Shown here piece by piece: positions 28,927 through 38,190 of a stretch of DNA of 64,000 bases. This DNA is from an uncultured delta proteobacterium (GTDB taxonomy: Bacteria; Desulfobacterota; RBG-13-43-22). The DNA lies in contig CAWBOS010000012.1 of the NCBI GenBank assembly GCA_963790475.1, forward strand, positions 832,001-896,000, given 5' to 3'. Positions within the stretch are counted from its first letter, which is position 1. Every line of letters starts with the position of its first letter. The notes under the pieces are model-generated. The model saw nothing but the letters and a program-made list of their open reading frames with translations. It made no database searches and was not told the origin of the DNA. A program made the translations under genes and the position numbers.

Positions 28927-30140
28927 AGAGTGGGTGGCTATCAAAGACGCTGGGCGAAGTGTGTCAGATAAAACCGCCGAAAAACGAAGCCCGGGTTAGG
29001 CTCCCCATCGATGGATTTGTTTCCTTCCTCCCGATGGAAGACTTGGGTATCGACGAAAAGTTTGTACGGGCAACTCAAACTAAGCAACTTTCGGCTGTTG
29101 TGGGGAGTTATACCTACTTCGCTGATGGCGATGTTCTCCTCGCAAAAATAACGCCCTGTTTCGAAAACGGAAAACTCGGTATAGCCGAAAGACTTACCAA
29201 TGGCATCGGTTTTGGCTCCAGTGAATATTTCGTATTCCGTCCAAATGGAACTCTGAACAAGGAATGGCTCTACTACTACCTATCCCGGGAGATATTCCGG
29301 GAAGAGGGTGCAGCACGGATGTTGGGAGCCGTTGGACACAAACGTGTCGCGAAGGAGTTTATCGAAGCATATCCGATTCCCATTCCTCCACTCCCTGAAC
29401 AACAGCGGATAGTCGGCATCCTCAACGAAGCATTTGACGGCATCGCCGCCGTCAAAACCAACGCCGAAAAGAACCTCCGAAACGCCCGCGTCCTCTTTGA
29501 AAGCCACCTACAGGCTATCTTCACCCAACAAGGCGATGGATGGGTAGAGAGGCGCAAACCTCTGTCTGACTTATGCGAGTTAATTGTTGATTGTGAACAC
29601 AAAACCGCTCCAACCCAAGCAGAAGGTATTCCTTCAATCCGTACGCCAAACATTGGTAAAGGTAAGCTTTTACTTGATGACGTTTACCTCGTTTCTGAGG
29701 AAACATACAGTAAGTGGACACGCCGAGCCAAGCCTCGTGCGGGTGATCTGATCCTCGCGCGTGAGGCTCCTGCTGGGAACGTGGCAGTGATCCCTGAAAA
29801 TGTGCGGCTCTGTTTAGGACAGAGAACCGTCTTGATAAGACCGAAAGCTGTCGTTTTTGAGTCGGAATTTCTTTCTTTTCTTCTCCTGCAACAGGACATG
29901 CAACGCTGGTTGCTGGCTCAATCACGTGGTGCAACGGTACAGCATGTGAACATGAAGGACATTCGAGCATTAAATATCGGGGCGATTCCACCACTTGATG
30001 TGCAACGATCTATTTTGCTGAAAATTAAAGGCCTGGAGAAGGAAATCGAGCGCCTCGAATCCATCTACCAGGGCAAGCTTAACGCGCTCGAAGAGCTAAA
30101 AAAATCTTTACTGCACCAAGCATTCACCGAAGGACTGTGA
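28923..30140 (+). CDS. hsdS: Type I RM specificity subunit
   Basis: Two TRDs; KITPCFENGK, PIPPLPEQQRIV, LKKSLLHQAF. Confidence 0.95.
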   Translation: MKSGWLSKTLGEVCQIKPPKNEARVRLPIDGFVSFLPMEDLGIDEKFVRATQTKQLSAVVGSYTYFADGDVLLAKITPCFENGKLGIAERLTNGIGFGSSEYFVFRPNGTLNKEWLYYYLSREIFREEGAARMLGAVGHKRVAKEFIEAYPIPIPPLPEQQRIVGILNEAFDGIAAVKTNAEKNLRNARVLFESHLQAIFTQQGDGWVERRKPLSDLCELIVDCEHKTAPTQAEGIPSIRTPNIGKGKLLLDDVYLVSEETYSKWTRRAKPRAGDLILAREAPAGNVAVIPENVRLCLGQRTVLIRPKAVVFESEFLSFLLLQQDMQRWLLAQSRGATVQHVNMKDIRALNIGAIPPLDVQRSILLKIKGLEKEIERLESIYQGKLNALEELKKSLLHQAFTEGL

Positions 30141-30147
30141 AATAGTA

Positions 30148-30375
30148 ATGGCAACAATAACCAAAAATCCGAGTGCGTTCCACGCGCAATTAAAACCGAA
30201 TGATACCTCAGATCAAACTGTCGGTTGTCGGCACACTCAACCTGATATCTGCTCCAAGAACAGCATGCCAAAAATCTGTGCGTTGGTTCGAGAAGATGGG
30301 ATGTGCCTCACCCCGCCTCGATCTTGGAAGAAGCAGTTTCTTAAACTGAAGGAAGGCATTGTGAAGAAGAAATGA
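30148..30375 (+). CDS. Small Cys-containing hypothetical protein inside the hsd operon
   Basis: 75 aa; GCRH...C...C...C; stop overlaps the hsdR start (ATGA). Confidence 0.7.
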   Translation: MATITKNPSAFHAQLKPNDTSDQTVGCRHTQPDICSKNSMPKICALVREDGMCLTPPRSWKKQFLKLKEGIVKKK

Positions 30376-32756
30376 ACGAAGCCGAAACCAGAGCCGAACA
30401 TATTGATCCCGCCCTCAAGGCGGCGGGCTGGGGTGTGGTTGAGGGCAGTCGTATCCGACGTGAGTATCCCATCACGCTGGGCCGCATCGAAGGTCACGGG
30501 CGGAGAGGCAAGCCGCTCATTGCCGATTATTTATTGATTTATCGAAATACCAGGCTGGCTGTCGTCGAGGCTAAAGCCTGGGATGAACCACTGACTCAAG
30601 GCGTAGCTCAGGCCAAGGAGTACGCGGGCAAGCTCGCGATCCGTTTCACCTACGCCACCAATGGCCAGGGTCTCTATCGCATCGACATGCAGGAGGGAAC
30701 CGAAGGGGAGTTGCCCTGTTATCCGACTCCCGACGAACTCTGGAACCTGACCTTTGCCCAGGAGAACAGCTGGCGGGATCGCTTCGCCACCATCCCCTTC
30801 GAGGATAGAGGCGGATATTTCCAAGGCAGGTACTTCCAGGACATCGCCATCGAGCGGGTGATGGAAGCCATTGCCGCTAACAAGTCTCGCATTCTGCTCA
30901 CGCTCGCCACGGGCACGGGCAAGACGTTCATCGCCTTCCAGATCGCCTGGAAGCTTTTTCACTCCCGCTGGAATTTGAGCCACGAACCCTCCCGCCGCCC
31001 GCGGATCTTGTTCCTGGCAGATCGCAACATCCTGGCGGATCAGGCGTTTAACTCCTTTTCCTCCTTTCCTGAAGACGCGATGGTGCGGATCAACCCTGAG
31101 TCCATCCGGCAAAAAGGTCGGGTGCCAAAGAACGCCAGCATCTTCTTCACTATTTTTCAGACCTTCATGAGCGGGCCGCCCAAGGATGGAAAGCCCTCGC
31201 CTTACTTCGGGGAGTATCCACCGGACTTCTTCGACTTCATCATTATTGACGAATGCCATCGAGGCGGCGCGAACGACGAGAGCAACTGGCGCGGCATTAT
31301 GGAGTACTTCTCCCCGGCCGTACAGGTCGGCCTCACCGCCACGCCCAAACGCAAGGAAAACGCGGACACTTATGCCTATTTCGGTGATCCGGTCTATATC
31401 TACTCTCTAAAGGAAGGAATCAACGACGGGTTTCTGACACCGTTCAAGGTTAAGCAGATCTCCACCACACTCGACGAGTATGTATATACGTCCGACGACA
31501 CAGTGATCGAGGGCGAGATTGAAACCGGGAAGCGTTACACGGAACCCGACTTCAACAAGATCATCGAAATCATGGAGAGGGAGCGATATCGGGTAAAGCT
31601 TTTTATGGATGAGATCAACCAGAAGGAGAAGACGCTGGTCTTTTGCTCTTCCCAGGACCACGCCCTGGCCGTTCGCGACCTCATCAACCAGATGAAGACA
31701 AGCAAAGACCCGAATTATTGCCACCGGGTAACGGCTAAAGACGGCAAGTTGGGCGATCAATACTTGCGAGACTTTCAAGACAATGAAAAGACTATCCCTA
31801 CGATCCTGACCACCTCTCAAAAGCTCTCTACCGGCGTGGATGCTCGCAACATCCGCAATATCGTCTTGATGCGTCCGATCAACTCTATAATCGAGTTTAA
31901 GCAGATCATTGGGCGCGGTACGCGACTCTACGACGGGAAGGATTACTTCACCATCTACGATTTCGTAAAGGCGCACCACCATTTCAGCGATCCCGAGTGG
32001 GACGGCGAGCCGATGGAGCCTGAGACCTGTCCGAGATGTGGCTGTTACCCCTGCCAATGCGAAAAGCAGCCGCCGAAACCGTGTCCTGTATGTGGGCAGA
32101 GGCCGTGTATCTGTGAGCCCAAGGTTTGCCCGATATGCGGTCAAAAGCCCTGTGTCTGTAAGAAGAAGGCAAAAGTCAAGCTTGCCGATGGCAAGGAGCG
32201 GACCATTCAGCACATGATGTGCACCACCTTTTGGCATCCCAGCGGCTTGCCCATGTCTGCCCAGCAGTTCATGGAAATGCTGTTCGGCAAGCTGCCGGAA
32301 TTCTTCAAGGACGAAGCGGAACTCCGCGACATTTGGAGCGCCCCTGATACGCGCAAGAAGCTTTTACAAGGACTCGCAGAGAAGGGGTTTGGCCGCGAAC
32401 AACTTTCCGAGATGCAAAAGATTATTGATGCCGAAAAGAGCGATCTCTTTGATGTGCTGGCCCATGTTGCCTACGCAATGCCACCATTGACCCGGGAAGA
32501 ACGCGCTGCCGGGGCTAAGGTCATTATCAGCACCCACTTCAACACAAAGCAGCGGGTCTTCCTCGACTTCGTGCTGTCGCATTATGTGAGTATCGGGGTG
32601 GATGAACTCGACCAGGAAAAGTTGAAACCGTTGCTCCTTCTGAAATACCACGACTCCATTGCTGACGCCGTGGCCGATTTAGGCAAACCGGAAGAAATTG
32701 GCGAGGTCTTCTACGGATTTCAAAAATATCTGTATCAGCAACAGGCCGCTGCATGA
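30372..32756 (+). CDS. hsdR: Type I restriction subunit (EcoEI/EcoAI-like) with a Cys-rich insertion
   Basis: AVVEAK nuclease motif, ATGTGKT, DECHR, LTATP, QIIGRGTR. Confidence 0.95.
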   Translation: MNEAETRAEHIDPALKAAGWGVVEGSRIRREYPITLGRIEGHGRRGKPLIADYLLIYRNTRLAVVEAKAWDEPLTQGVAQAKEYAGKLAIRFTYATNGQGLYRIDMQEGTEGELPCYPTPDELWNLTFAQENSWRDRFATIPFEDRGGYFQGRYFQDIAIERVMEAIAANKSRILLTLATGTGKTFIAFQIAWKLFHSRWNLSHEPSRRPRILFLADRNILADQAFNSFSSFPEDAMVRINPESIRQKGRVPKNASIFFTIFQTFMSGPPKDGKPSPYFGEYPPDFFDFIIIDECHRGGANDESNWRGIMEYFSPAVQVGLTATPKRKENADTYAYFGDPVYIYSLKEGINDGFLTPFKVKQISTTLDEYVYTSDDTVIEGEIETGKRYTEPDFNKIIEIMERERYRVKLFMDEINQKEKTLVFCSSQDHALAVRDLINQMKTSKDPNYCHRVTAKDGKLGDQYLRDFQDNEKTIPTILTTSQKLSTGVDARNIRNIVLMRPINSIIEFKQIIGRGTRLYDGKDYFTIYDFVKAHHHFSDPEWDGEPMEPETCPRCGCYPCQCEKQPPKPCPVCGQRPCICEPKVCPICGQKPCVCKKKAKVKLADGKERTIQHMMCTTFWHPSGLPMSAQQFMEMLFGKLPEFFKDEAELRDIWSAPDTRKKLLQGLAEKGFGREQLSEMQKIIDAEKSDLFDVLAHVAYAMPPLTREERAAGAKVIISTHFNTKQRVFLDFVLSHYVSIGVDELDQEKLKPLLLLKYHDSIADAVADLGKPEEIGEVFYGFQKYLYQQQAAA

Positions 32757-32766
32757 CGAGCATTCA

Positions 32767-32940
32767 ATGGAAATAAATGATAAGAAATTAGAAGCTTTAA
32801 AACAGGCCTTGATTGGCGTCAAAAATCAGAGGGAGGAGGCTTTTATATTGCTTACCGCTGTTCCGGAACAACATCTTCCCGATATGGTGGAGACACTCCG
32901 GATCCTAAATGGGCTCAAGGAAATTAATAGTCCTCGTTAA
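32767..32940 (+). CDS. Short hypothetical protein or gene fragment
   Basis: 57-aa ORF immediately after hsdR; no recognisable motif. Confidence 0.35.
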   Translation: MEINDKKLEALKQALIGVKNQREEAFILLTAVPEQHLPDMVETLRILNGLKEINSPR

Positions 32941-33127
32941 AATTAATACTTTCTTCCAGTAACTCGCAGGGTCCAGTTTTGGAAAAAATGCCAGAGGACA
33001 AATGATGATACCTTAACAGAGACTTGAATTTGTTTGACTTTTTCTAAATTCTGATTAAAATCTCCTTATTCTTAAATGAGTTTTCTTGCTATCAACACCT
33101 AACAAAGGAGTTTTGATGGAAGAATAG

Positions 33128-33167
33128 ACCCCTATTCTCAACAGAGATATGGGGGTTTTTTATTTTT
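33128..33167 (+). terminator. Putative intrinsic terminator
   Basis: CCCCTAT-TCTC...GAGA-T-ATGGGGG stem followed by a T-run. Confidence 0.45.
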
Positions 33168-33312
33168 AAACTGGGCGGGATGTTACACAGTTAGAAATTT
33201 ATCCAAGCAACGCCCTATTTTAACAAAATTTTATAATATTTTAATCGAATGTTTAATACAATTCGGGAAAACCAATCAATTTCATTTTGATAATTTGAAT
33301 AGGACCGGGGAT

Positions 33313-34092
33313 ATGGATGTAACTCTCCTGCACAAAATCCATTCTGAGGGAGCCAAACTTCTTCTCAACTGCCCGCCTCCTCGAAGATCAGCCAACGACT
33401 GGCAGCAATATATTCCAGAACCGTTTGAGACAGCCTTGTCAGTTGAAGAGCATCGTTGGTTCTGGCGGCCAAAGCAAATCAAATTTGTTCTTCTGGCTGA
33501 ATCCCACGTCTATACTGATGCTGATGATCTAAAGTGCAAAATCGTTTATGACAAGTTGGATCCGTCTTTACAAAAATCGCCTCGACAATTTGTCCGACTT
33601 GTCTACTGCCTTGGGTACGGAAACGACCAGATACTCGATAGAGTTCCAGAGCAAAATAATTCAGGTACCAAAGAGTACTGGGAATTGTTAGGAAGATGTG
33701 CTGGCACGTGGAACAGATCTGACTATTCCATGCCATCGAAGATTCGAACCCTTGAGATTTTGAAAGAGAAAGGGATTTGGCTTGCAGATGCATCCATCCA
33801 TGCATGTATGAACCCGCGACTAAATAAACCATGGCGCAATATTGCGACTCGCTTCAAAAACACACTTTATAGAGAGCTGATCAATCTTTCTTGGGACTAT
33901 GTACGTCCAACGATTGAACAGGCAAAGGAAATCTGGTATGTCGGCAACAATTTGAAATCTGTCTTGCACGATAGCATTCTGAATCCCATAAAGTCCATCC
34001 CCCAACCATCAGGACGACGCAATCCAAGAACACGAAGAGAATATGACGAAAAACTTCCGAAGCTTATAACTGCAATTAACAAGGTTTGCTGA
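33313..34092 (+). CDS. Hypothetical protein in defence island (possible uracil-DNA-glycosylase-like fold)
   Basis: VLLAESH, LVYCLGYG, GIWLAD and PQPS motifs; fold assignment is tentative. Confidence 0.6.
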   Translation: MDVTLLHKIHSEGAKLLLNCPPPRRSANDWQQYIPEPFETALSVEEHRWFWRPKQIKFVLLAESHVYTDADDLKCKIVYDKLDPSLQKSPRQFVRLVYCLGYGNDQILDRVPEQNNSGTKEYWELLGRCAGTWNRSDYSMPSKIRTLEILKEKGIWLADASIHACMNPRLNKPWRNIATRFKNTLYRELINLSWDYVRPTIEQAKEIWYVGNNLKSVLHDSILNPIKSIPQPSGRRNPRTRREYDEKLPKLITAINKVC

Positions 34093-34199
34093 TAAATACA
34101 TGAAAAAAGACATGTGATGGTTACTTCTGTATATCAAGCAAAATGAGGAGATATGAAGTTCTTTAGAATAACTTGTTAGCTGTCACAAAGGGTAGTAGA

Positions 34200-35729
34200 C
34201 CTAAACGTTGCAAAAGAAATCGCCAAATTTTGAATTATGCTGCCATTTTAAAAGTATCTAAGAATTTGAACAAACCATGTTTAACGACTTCATTACCACT
34301 CATAGTAAGAGTCAGGTTACCCTGGGGTGCTGTGAGTCTTCCTGCTCTTTGAATATAACGATGGCGGATCCATTTTAATTCATGAAAATTCCAAAGCGGG
34401 GTTCTTTTCTCGGAGGTTCCTCGATCTCTATCCCGGGTAGCCATTTGTAATTCCCGGTTCAGGTTATGGGCAAAAATAGCCGCTATCATGTAACATTGGT
34501 TTCCTGAAAGTTTCTTAACCGCAATATAATCCAGTTGGCTTTGGGATTTCAATTCCCCAAAGACACTCTCCTGACTTCCTCGACCATTGTGAAAGACCAG
34601 GATCTTTTTAGCAGAAATCCTCTTGTTGGTGACGATGACCTTATACTCGTACCCATATTCTAAAGGGATAAAGAGATCCAATTGAATCGGGGCTTTTTGG
34701 ATTTGCTTGCATCGTTGTCGTATAAAAACAAAACGGAACTTTACCGGCCATTTTTTCGGTTTCCAGGGGGTTTCAAAATACGACCAGCGATTATTTAAAT
34801 GACGCCAACGCACTCGATTTTCAATCATCGATTTTAATTCGGCAAAGCGTTCAAAAGGAACGCTGAGGGTAAATTCGATGGATTCCTGGTCTAATAAGGC
34901 AACTATTTCCTGGCTGAAAAAAGCGCTATCCATCCGGACCTCAAGCGTAATACCCGGCAGTTCTTGTTTGAGCCAGCTAAGGCATTGATGGATAAACTCA
35001 CTGGCCCCATTCGAATCATGGACATTGCCGGGGCGATGATAGAAATCAAATACTTGTCCGGTTTGGGCAATGGTACAAAAAAGGGGATAGTAACTTCGGG
35101 CTCCCTTCTTTTTCTTGTTAAATCCAACCGCCGTGCCTTCGGCTTTTCGGGATGTAGATAAAACTGATCCATCAAAGTCAACGGTTAATCGACTCAGACC
35201 AGTTTTTTGGAGACGTTCGATAACCATCTGGCGGTTCAGTTCTCGGATTTTTTGGATGGCTTTTGGATCGGTACTTTTTAAGGCGCGACAAACCGTAGAG
35301 ACATCCGGGAGGCGTTTCATTCCTAATAGTCTTTGAACCAAAGGATCATCTTTATAATAGTCCATATCCCGGAGTCTTCGAAAGCCCAAAAGAATATGGA
35401 TAATCAGCAGCATCATAATTACATGATGTCCTATAATTTCCGAGACGTGCAGGTGACGAAAACACTGGCGCAGTCGTTCTTTCAAACCCAGTTTCTGAAA
35501 CAAAGGATGAAAAATTATCAAACCTGAAAAGGATGTAAGTTTCTGATCTTCAAATCGGATCTGAGGAGTTTTATATGCTCGACTAAAAAAATGCCTTTTG
35601 CTATACTTCACCTTAGGTGGCCTCCAGTGACGGAAAATTGTGTGATGTGCTAATCTCACTTTAACCAATACTGGAGCCACCTTTCAAGCTCTTTATTACT
35701 TTTATTACACTTTTTTTATGCCACTATAG
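34200..35729 (-). mobile_element. IS1380-family insertion sequence
   Basis: Flanked by AGTAGA direct repeats (34194-99, 35730-35); imperfect ends CCTAAACGTTGCA / TGCCACTATAG. Confidence 0.8.
34235..35611 (-). CDS. IS1380-family transposase
   Basis: VDFDGSV, GARSYYPL, RPGNVHD, RMDSAFF, NGRGSQE..ELK; GTG start at 35611 with GGAGG RBS. Confidence 0.9.
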   Translation of the reverse strand: MKYSKRHFFSRAYKTPQIRFEDQKLTSFSGLIIFHPLFQKLGLKERLRQCFRHLHVSEIIGHHVIMMLLIIHILLGFRRLRDMDYYKDDPLVQRLLGMKRLPDVSTVCRALKSTDPKAIQKIRELNRQMVIERLQKTGLSRLTVDFDGSVLSTSRKAEGTAVGFNKKKKGARSYYPLFCTIAQTGQVFDFYHRPGNVHDSNGASEFIHQCLSWLKQELPGITLEVRMDSAFFSQEIVALLDQESIEFTLSVPFERFAELKSMIENRVRWRHLNNRWSYFETPWKPKKWPVKFRFVFIRQRCKQIQKAPIQLDLFIPLEYGYEYKVIVTNKRISAKKILVFHNGRGSQESVFGELKSQSQLDYIAVKKLSGNQCYMIAAIFAHNLNRELQMATRDRDRGTSEKRTPLWNFHELKWIRHRYIQRAGRLTAPQGNLTLTMSGNEVVKHGLFKFLDTFKMAA

Positions 35730-35734
35730 AGTAG

Positions 35735-36427
35735 ATGCAAGATAAATTCAAATTCCCATCGAGAGGTTTCTATTTTGTCGAAAGCAAAGTGAAGGAGGCC
35801 GACTATTTCCTAGATATGCTGGAGGGCAAAAAGGGTTCTCCAGATGAATTTTCATTTATCTTGAATGCATTTGCTTCTGCGGCACGTAGCATCACGTTTT
35901 CGCTTCAATCAGTCATGTCTCATTATCCAAGTTTCGAGGAATGGTATCAGCCAAGGCAACAACAACTGAAGGAAAACAAGCTAGCGAAATTCTTTGTTGA
36001 TCTGCGAAATTTCACTCAGAAAGTTGGATGTGCTCCTATTATGCATACGGGAACGCTGAAAAATGCAAAAGCATTTCGCTACGCCTTATTTTTTCCATCA
36101 GAGCATTTAGAAAGTATTCCACCCGGTGATATTGTCAGGCTTGCACAGGAATATTTTATAAGCATCCTAACAATTATCAAACAATGCTATGAGGACTACT
36201 CAGAGTATGTGGATCCAAGGATCGTATTCACTATTGAGGGCCTATCAAAGTTAGGTTGGTCTATAGAGGATTTAGAAGAGTCATGCGGCCTCCCAAGAGG
36301 ATGGACTGACATTAATGAAAATATTCCAAACAAATCACAAGAACGGCTGAGAGTATTAAAGAGTGAGTATCAAAAAGAAGAAGAGATGGAATACTATTTC
36401 AAGAAATACAACCTAAACAACTGCTAA
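35735..36427 (+). CDS. Integron cassette 1 gene: hypothetical, HEPN-like
   Basis: EADYFL...NAFASAARSITFSLQ...LRNFTQK; stop codon lies within the attC R'' box. Confidence 0.7.
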   Translation: MQDKFKFPSRGFYFVESKVKEADYFLDMLEGKKGSPDEFSFILNAFASAARSITFSLQSVMSHYPSFEEWYQPRQQQLKENKLAKFFVDLRNFTQKVGCAPIMHTGTLKNAKAFRYALFFPSEHLESIPPGDIVRLAQEYFISILTIIKQCYEDYSEYVDPRIVFTIEGLSKLGWSIEDLEESCGLPRGWTDINENIPNKSQERLRVLKSEYQKEEEMEYYFKKYNLNNC

Positions 36428-36478
36428 CAAAGGCAATACAACCGATCGCTAACGCTTCGGCTGATCTTTTCGTTGGGC
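36422..36478 (+). other. attC site 1 (integron cassette recombination site)
   Basis: R'' TGCTAAC ... L' GCTGATC-TTTTC-R' GTTGGGC; R'' complements the cassette start GTTAGC at 34175. Confidence 0.75.
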
Positions 36479-36496
36479 ATAAAGGAGAGGATATCC

Positions 36497-37180
36497 ATGT
36501 CACGTCTTCTTTCATTCACGACAGGGCCAAAAGACTGGAAGGCATTGCTTGCCGATCCAGAGAAACATTGGAAATCAGGATATTCTGCCCGCACTTTAGC
36601 GTATTGTTGGGAAGCAGCAGACGGCTTCCCTTCTGAGGTCAGCCTACCTTTTACTCAGAGCACGGAGCCTCTATTAGAAAACCTCATTCCAATTCTCGCA
36701 GTGCCAGAGTTCAAAGTGCCATTGCCAGGCGGAGTACGCTCCTCACAGAACGACATCTTCGTATTAGCTCGATCCTCATCAGGGCCTGTTTGTATTATGG
36801 TTGAAGGCAAGGTCGATGAATCCTTCGGCCCCACCCTTGGTGAATGGCGAAAGGAAGCATCACCAGGCAAAAAAAAGCGCCTTAGTTTTCTCCTTCGCTC
36901 GCTTGGTCTAGCCACTGTTCCGTCAGATTCAATTCGTTATCAACTTCTTCATCGAGCTGCATCAGCCATAATTGCTGGAGAGCAATATCGTGCCGCAGCT
37001 GCTGTCCTTATCGTTCATTCATTCAGTCAGCTGCATACGGGTTGGTCAGATTATCAAGCATTTACACACATCTTTGGTGTTGAGGCAATGGTTGGAACTA
37101 TCCAGCGACTTAGTATCTCTTCAACTGTGCCGCTCCTTGGGGTATGGGTCGTTGGTAATCCATTGTTCTTACAAAGCTGA
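36497..37180 (+). CDS. Integron cassette 2 gene: DUF6946-like PD-(D/E)xK nuclease
   Basis: HWKSGYSA, SQNDIF...VEGKVDESFG, RYQLLHRAASA, VHSF. Confidence 0.78.
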   Translation: MSRLLSFTTGPKDWKALLADPEKHWKSGYSARTLAYCWEAADGFPSEVSLPFTQSTEPLLENLIPILAVPEFKVPLPGGVRSSQNDIFVLARSSSGPVCIMVEGKVDESFGPTLGEWRKEASPGKKKRLSFLLRSLGLATVPSDSIRYQLLHRAASAIIAGEQYRAAAAVLIVHSFSQLHTGWSDYQAFTHIFGVEAMVGTIQRLSISSTVPLLGVWVVGNPLFLQS

Positions 37181-37189
37181 GGCATAATA

Positions 37190-37244
37190 GCCCAACCAGT
37201 CGATCCAGCCGATCGCTATACTCCGGCTGATTTTTTCGTTATGA
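37190..37244 (+). other. attC site 2
   Basis: R'' GCCCAAC (exact complement of GTTGGGC at the cassette start), 5-nt spacer, L'' GATCCAGC / L' GCTGATT, R' GTTATGA. Confidence 0.85.
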
Positions 37245-37307
37245 TCACTTTCAGCCAGTAATCATCCGTTTTTTGTTCATTCCCTGTTCAACATTAGTAG
37301 GTGTACT

Positions 37308-37748
37308 CTATTTGTTGATCAGTTTTCTCAATGCGATGGTCCGGTTGATCCATCCCCGCAGATTAATAATTTTATATGGTTTTTCTTTAACCCGGTCGGA
37401 ATAATAGGCGATCCGGTCAAAGAGATAATCCTGCCAGGTCCCGGGCCCGGATCTCAATTCATTGGCCAGCTTAAAACCAGGATTAATAGCAATATCAAAA
37501 ATGATCATGTCCTTTGGATAGGGCAGCAGATCACACCCGGCCAGCAGCCAGTAATTTTTGAAGTAGAGATCCGATGCATATTTCATGGCCTCTTCTTTGG
37601 ACATCTTCGCCATTTTGGCCACTTCCACCGGATGATAAACAATAGACATTCCCCAAATCGTAAGCTTGCCGGGATCCCTGGGATCGTCGGTTTTATAGCC
37701 TTCCTTTTCCAGTACAAATCCGAGGGCCTTGGGAAAATTATCATTCAT
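37308..37748 (-). CDS. Glycoside hydrolase family 108 lysozyme (phage endolysin/TtsA-like)
   Basis: EGY..DPRDPGKLTIWG, FDIAINPG, GWINR. Confidence 0.85.
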   Translation of the reverse strand: MNDNFPKALGFVLEKEGYKTDDPRDPGKLTIWGMSIVYHPVEVAKMAKMSKEEAMKYASDLYFKNYWLLAGCDLLPYPKDMIIFDIAINPGFKLANELRSGPGTWQDYLFDRIAYYSDRVKEKPYKIINLRGWINRTIALRKLINK

Positions 37749-38005
37749 TTTTTAACCTTTTCAACTGTCTTAGAGATAATTTGTTCGATCTGCGTAGTGG
37801 AAAGATCGTGGTTGTTAACATGAAAATATACCTGAGTTAAGAAGAAAGAAACCATGCCGATAAGGACTGAGATAAGAGTCCAGACGGCCATTCGGCTGCT
37901 TTTTAGGGCATTTTCCTTGATCTCTAAAAGGCATGTTTCCGCCTGCTCAATCCGTTCTTTAAATCCTTGGTGTAAAGGACAAGTCACATCAGCTTCGCTC
38001 GGCAT
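37745..38005 (-). CDS. Small single-TM phage-type membrane protein (holin/XhlA-like)
   Basis: Coiled-coil then one TM helix; ATGA overlap with the lysozyme gene. Confidence 0.55.
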   Translation of the reverse strand: MPSEADVTCPLHQGFKERIEQAETCLLEIKENALKSSRMAVWTLISVLIGMVSFFLTQVYFHVNNHDLSTTQIEQIISKTVEKVKK

Positions 38006-38190
38006 GGGCGTTTCCTTTCTTATCAGATTATCCTGGGGAGAACGAAAAGGCAAAAAACCACCCCCACCGTTCTCCCCAGGATTTAAAGTATTTGTCCAAG
38101 ACTGTTTCTCATTTTCCGGACACCACTCCCGCCGCATCATCCGCCAAAGGCAGCATGGATTTGATAAGGTTATTGAACATCGTGCCGGTG

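Noticed and set aside
32940-34175. Integron integrase or island integrase
   Set aside because: No ORF with tyrosine-recombinase R-H-R-Y motifs on either strand in the island.
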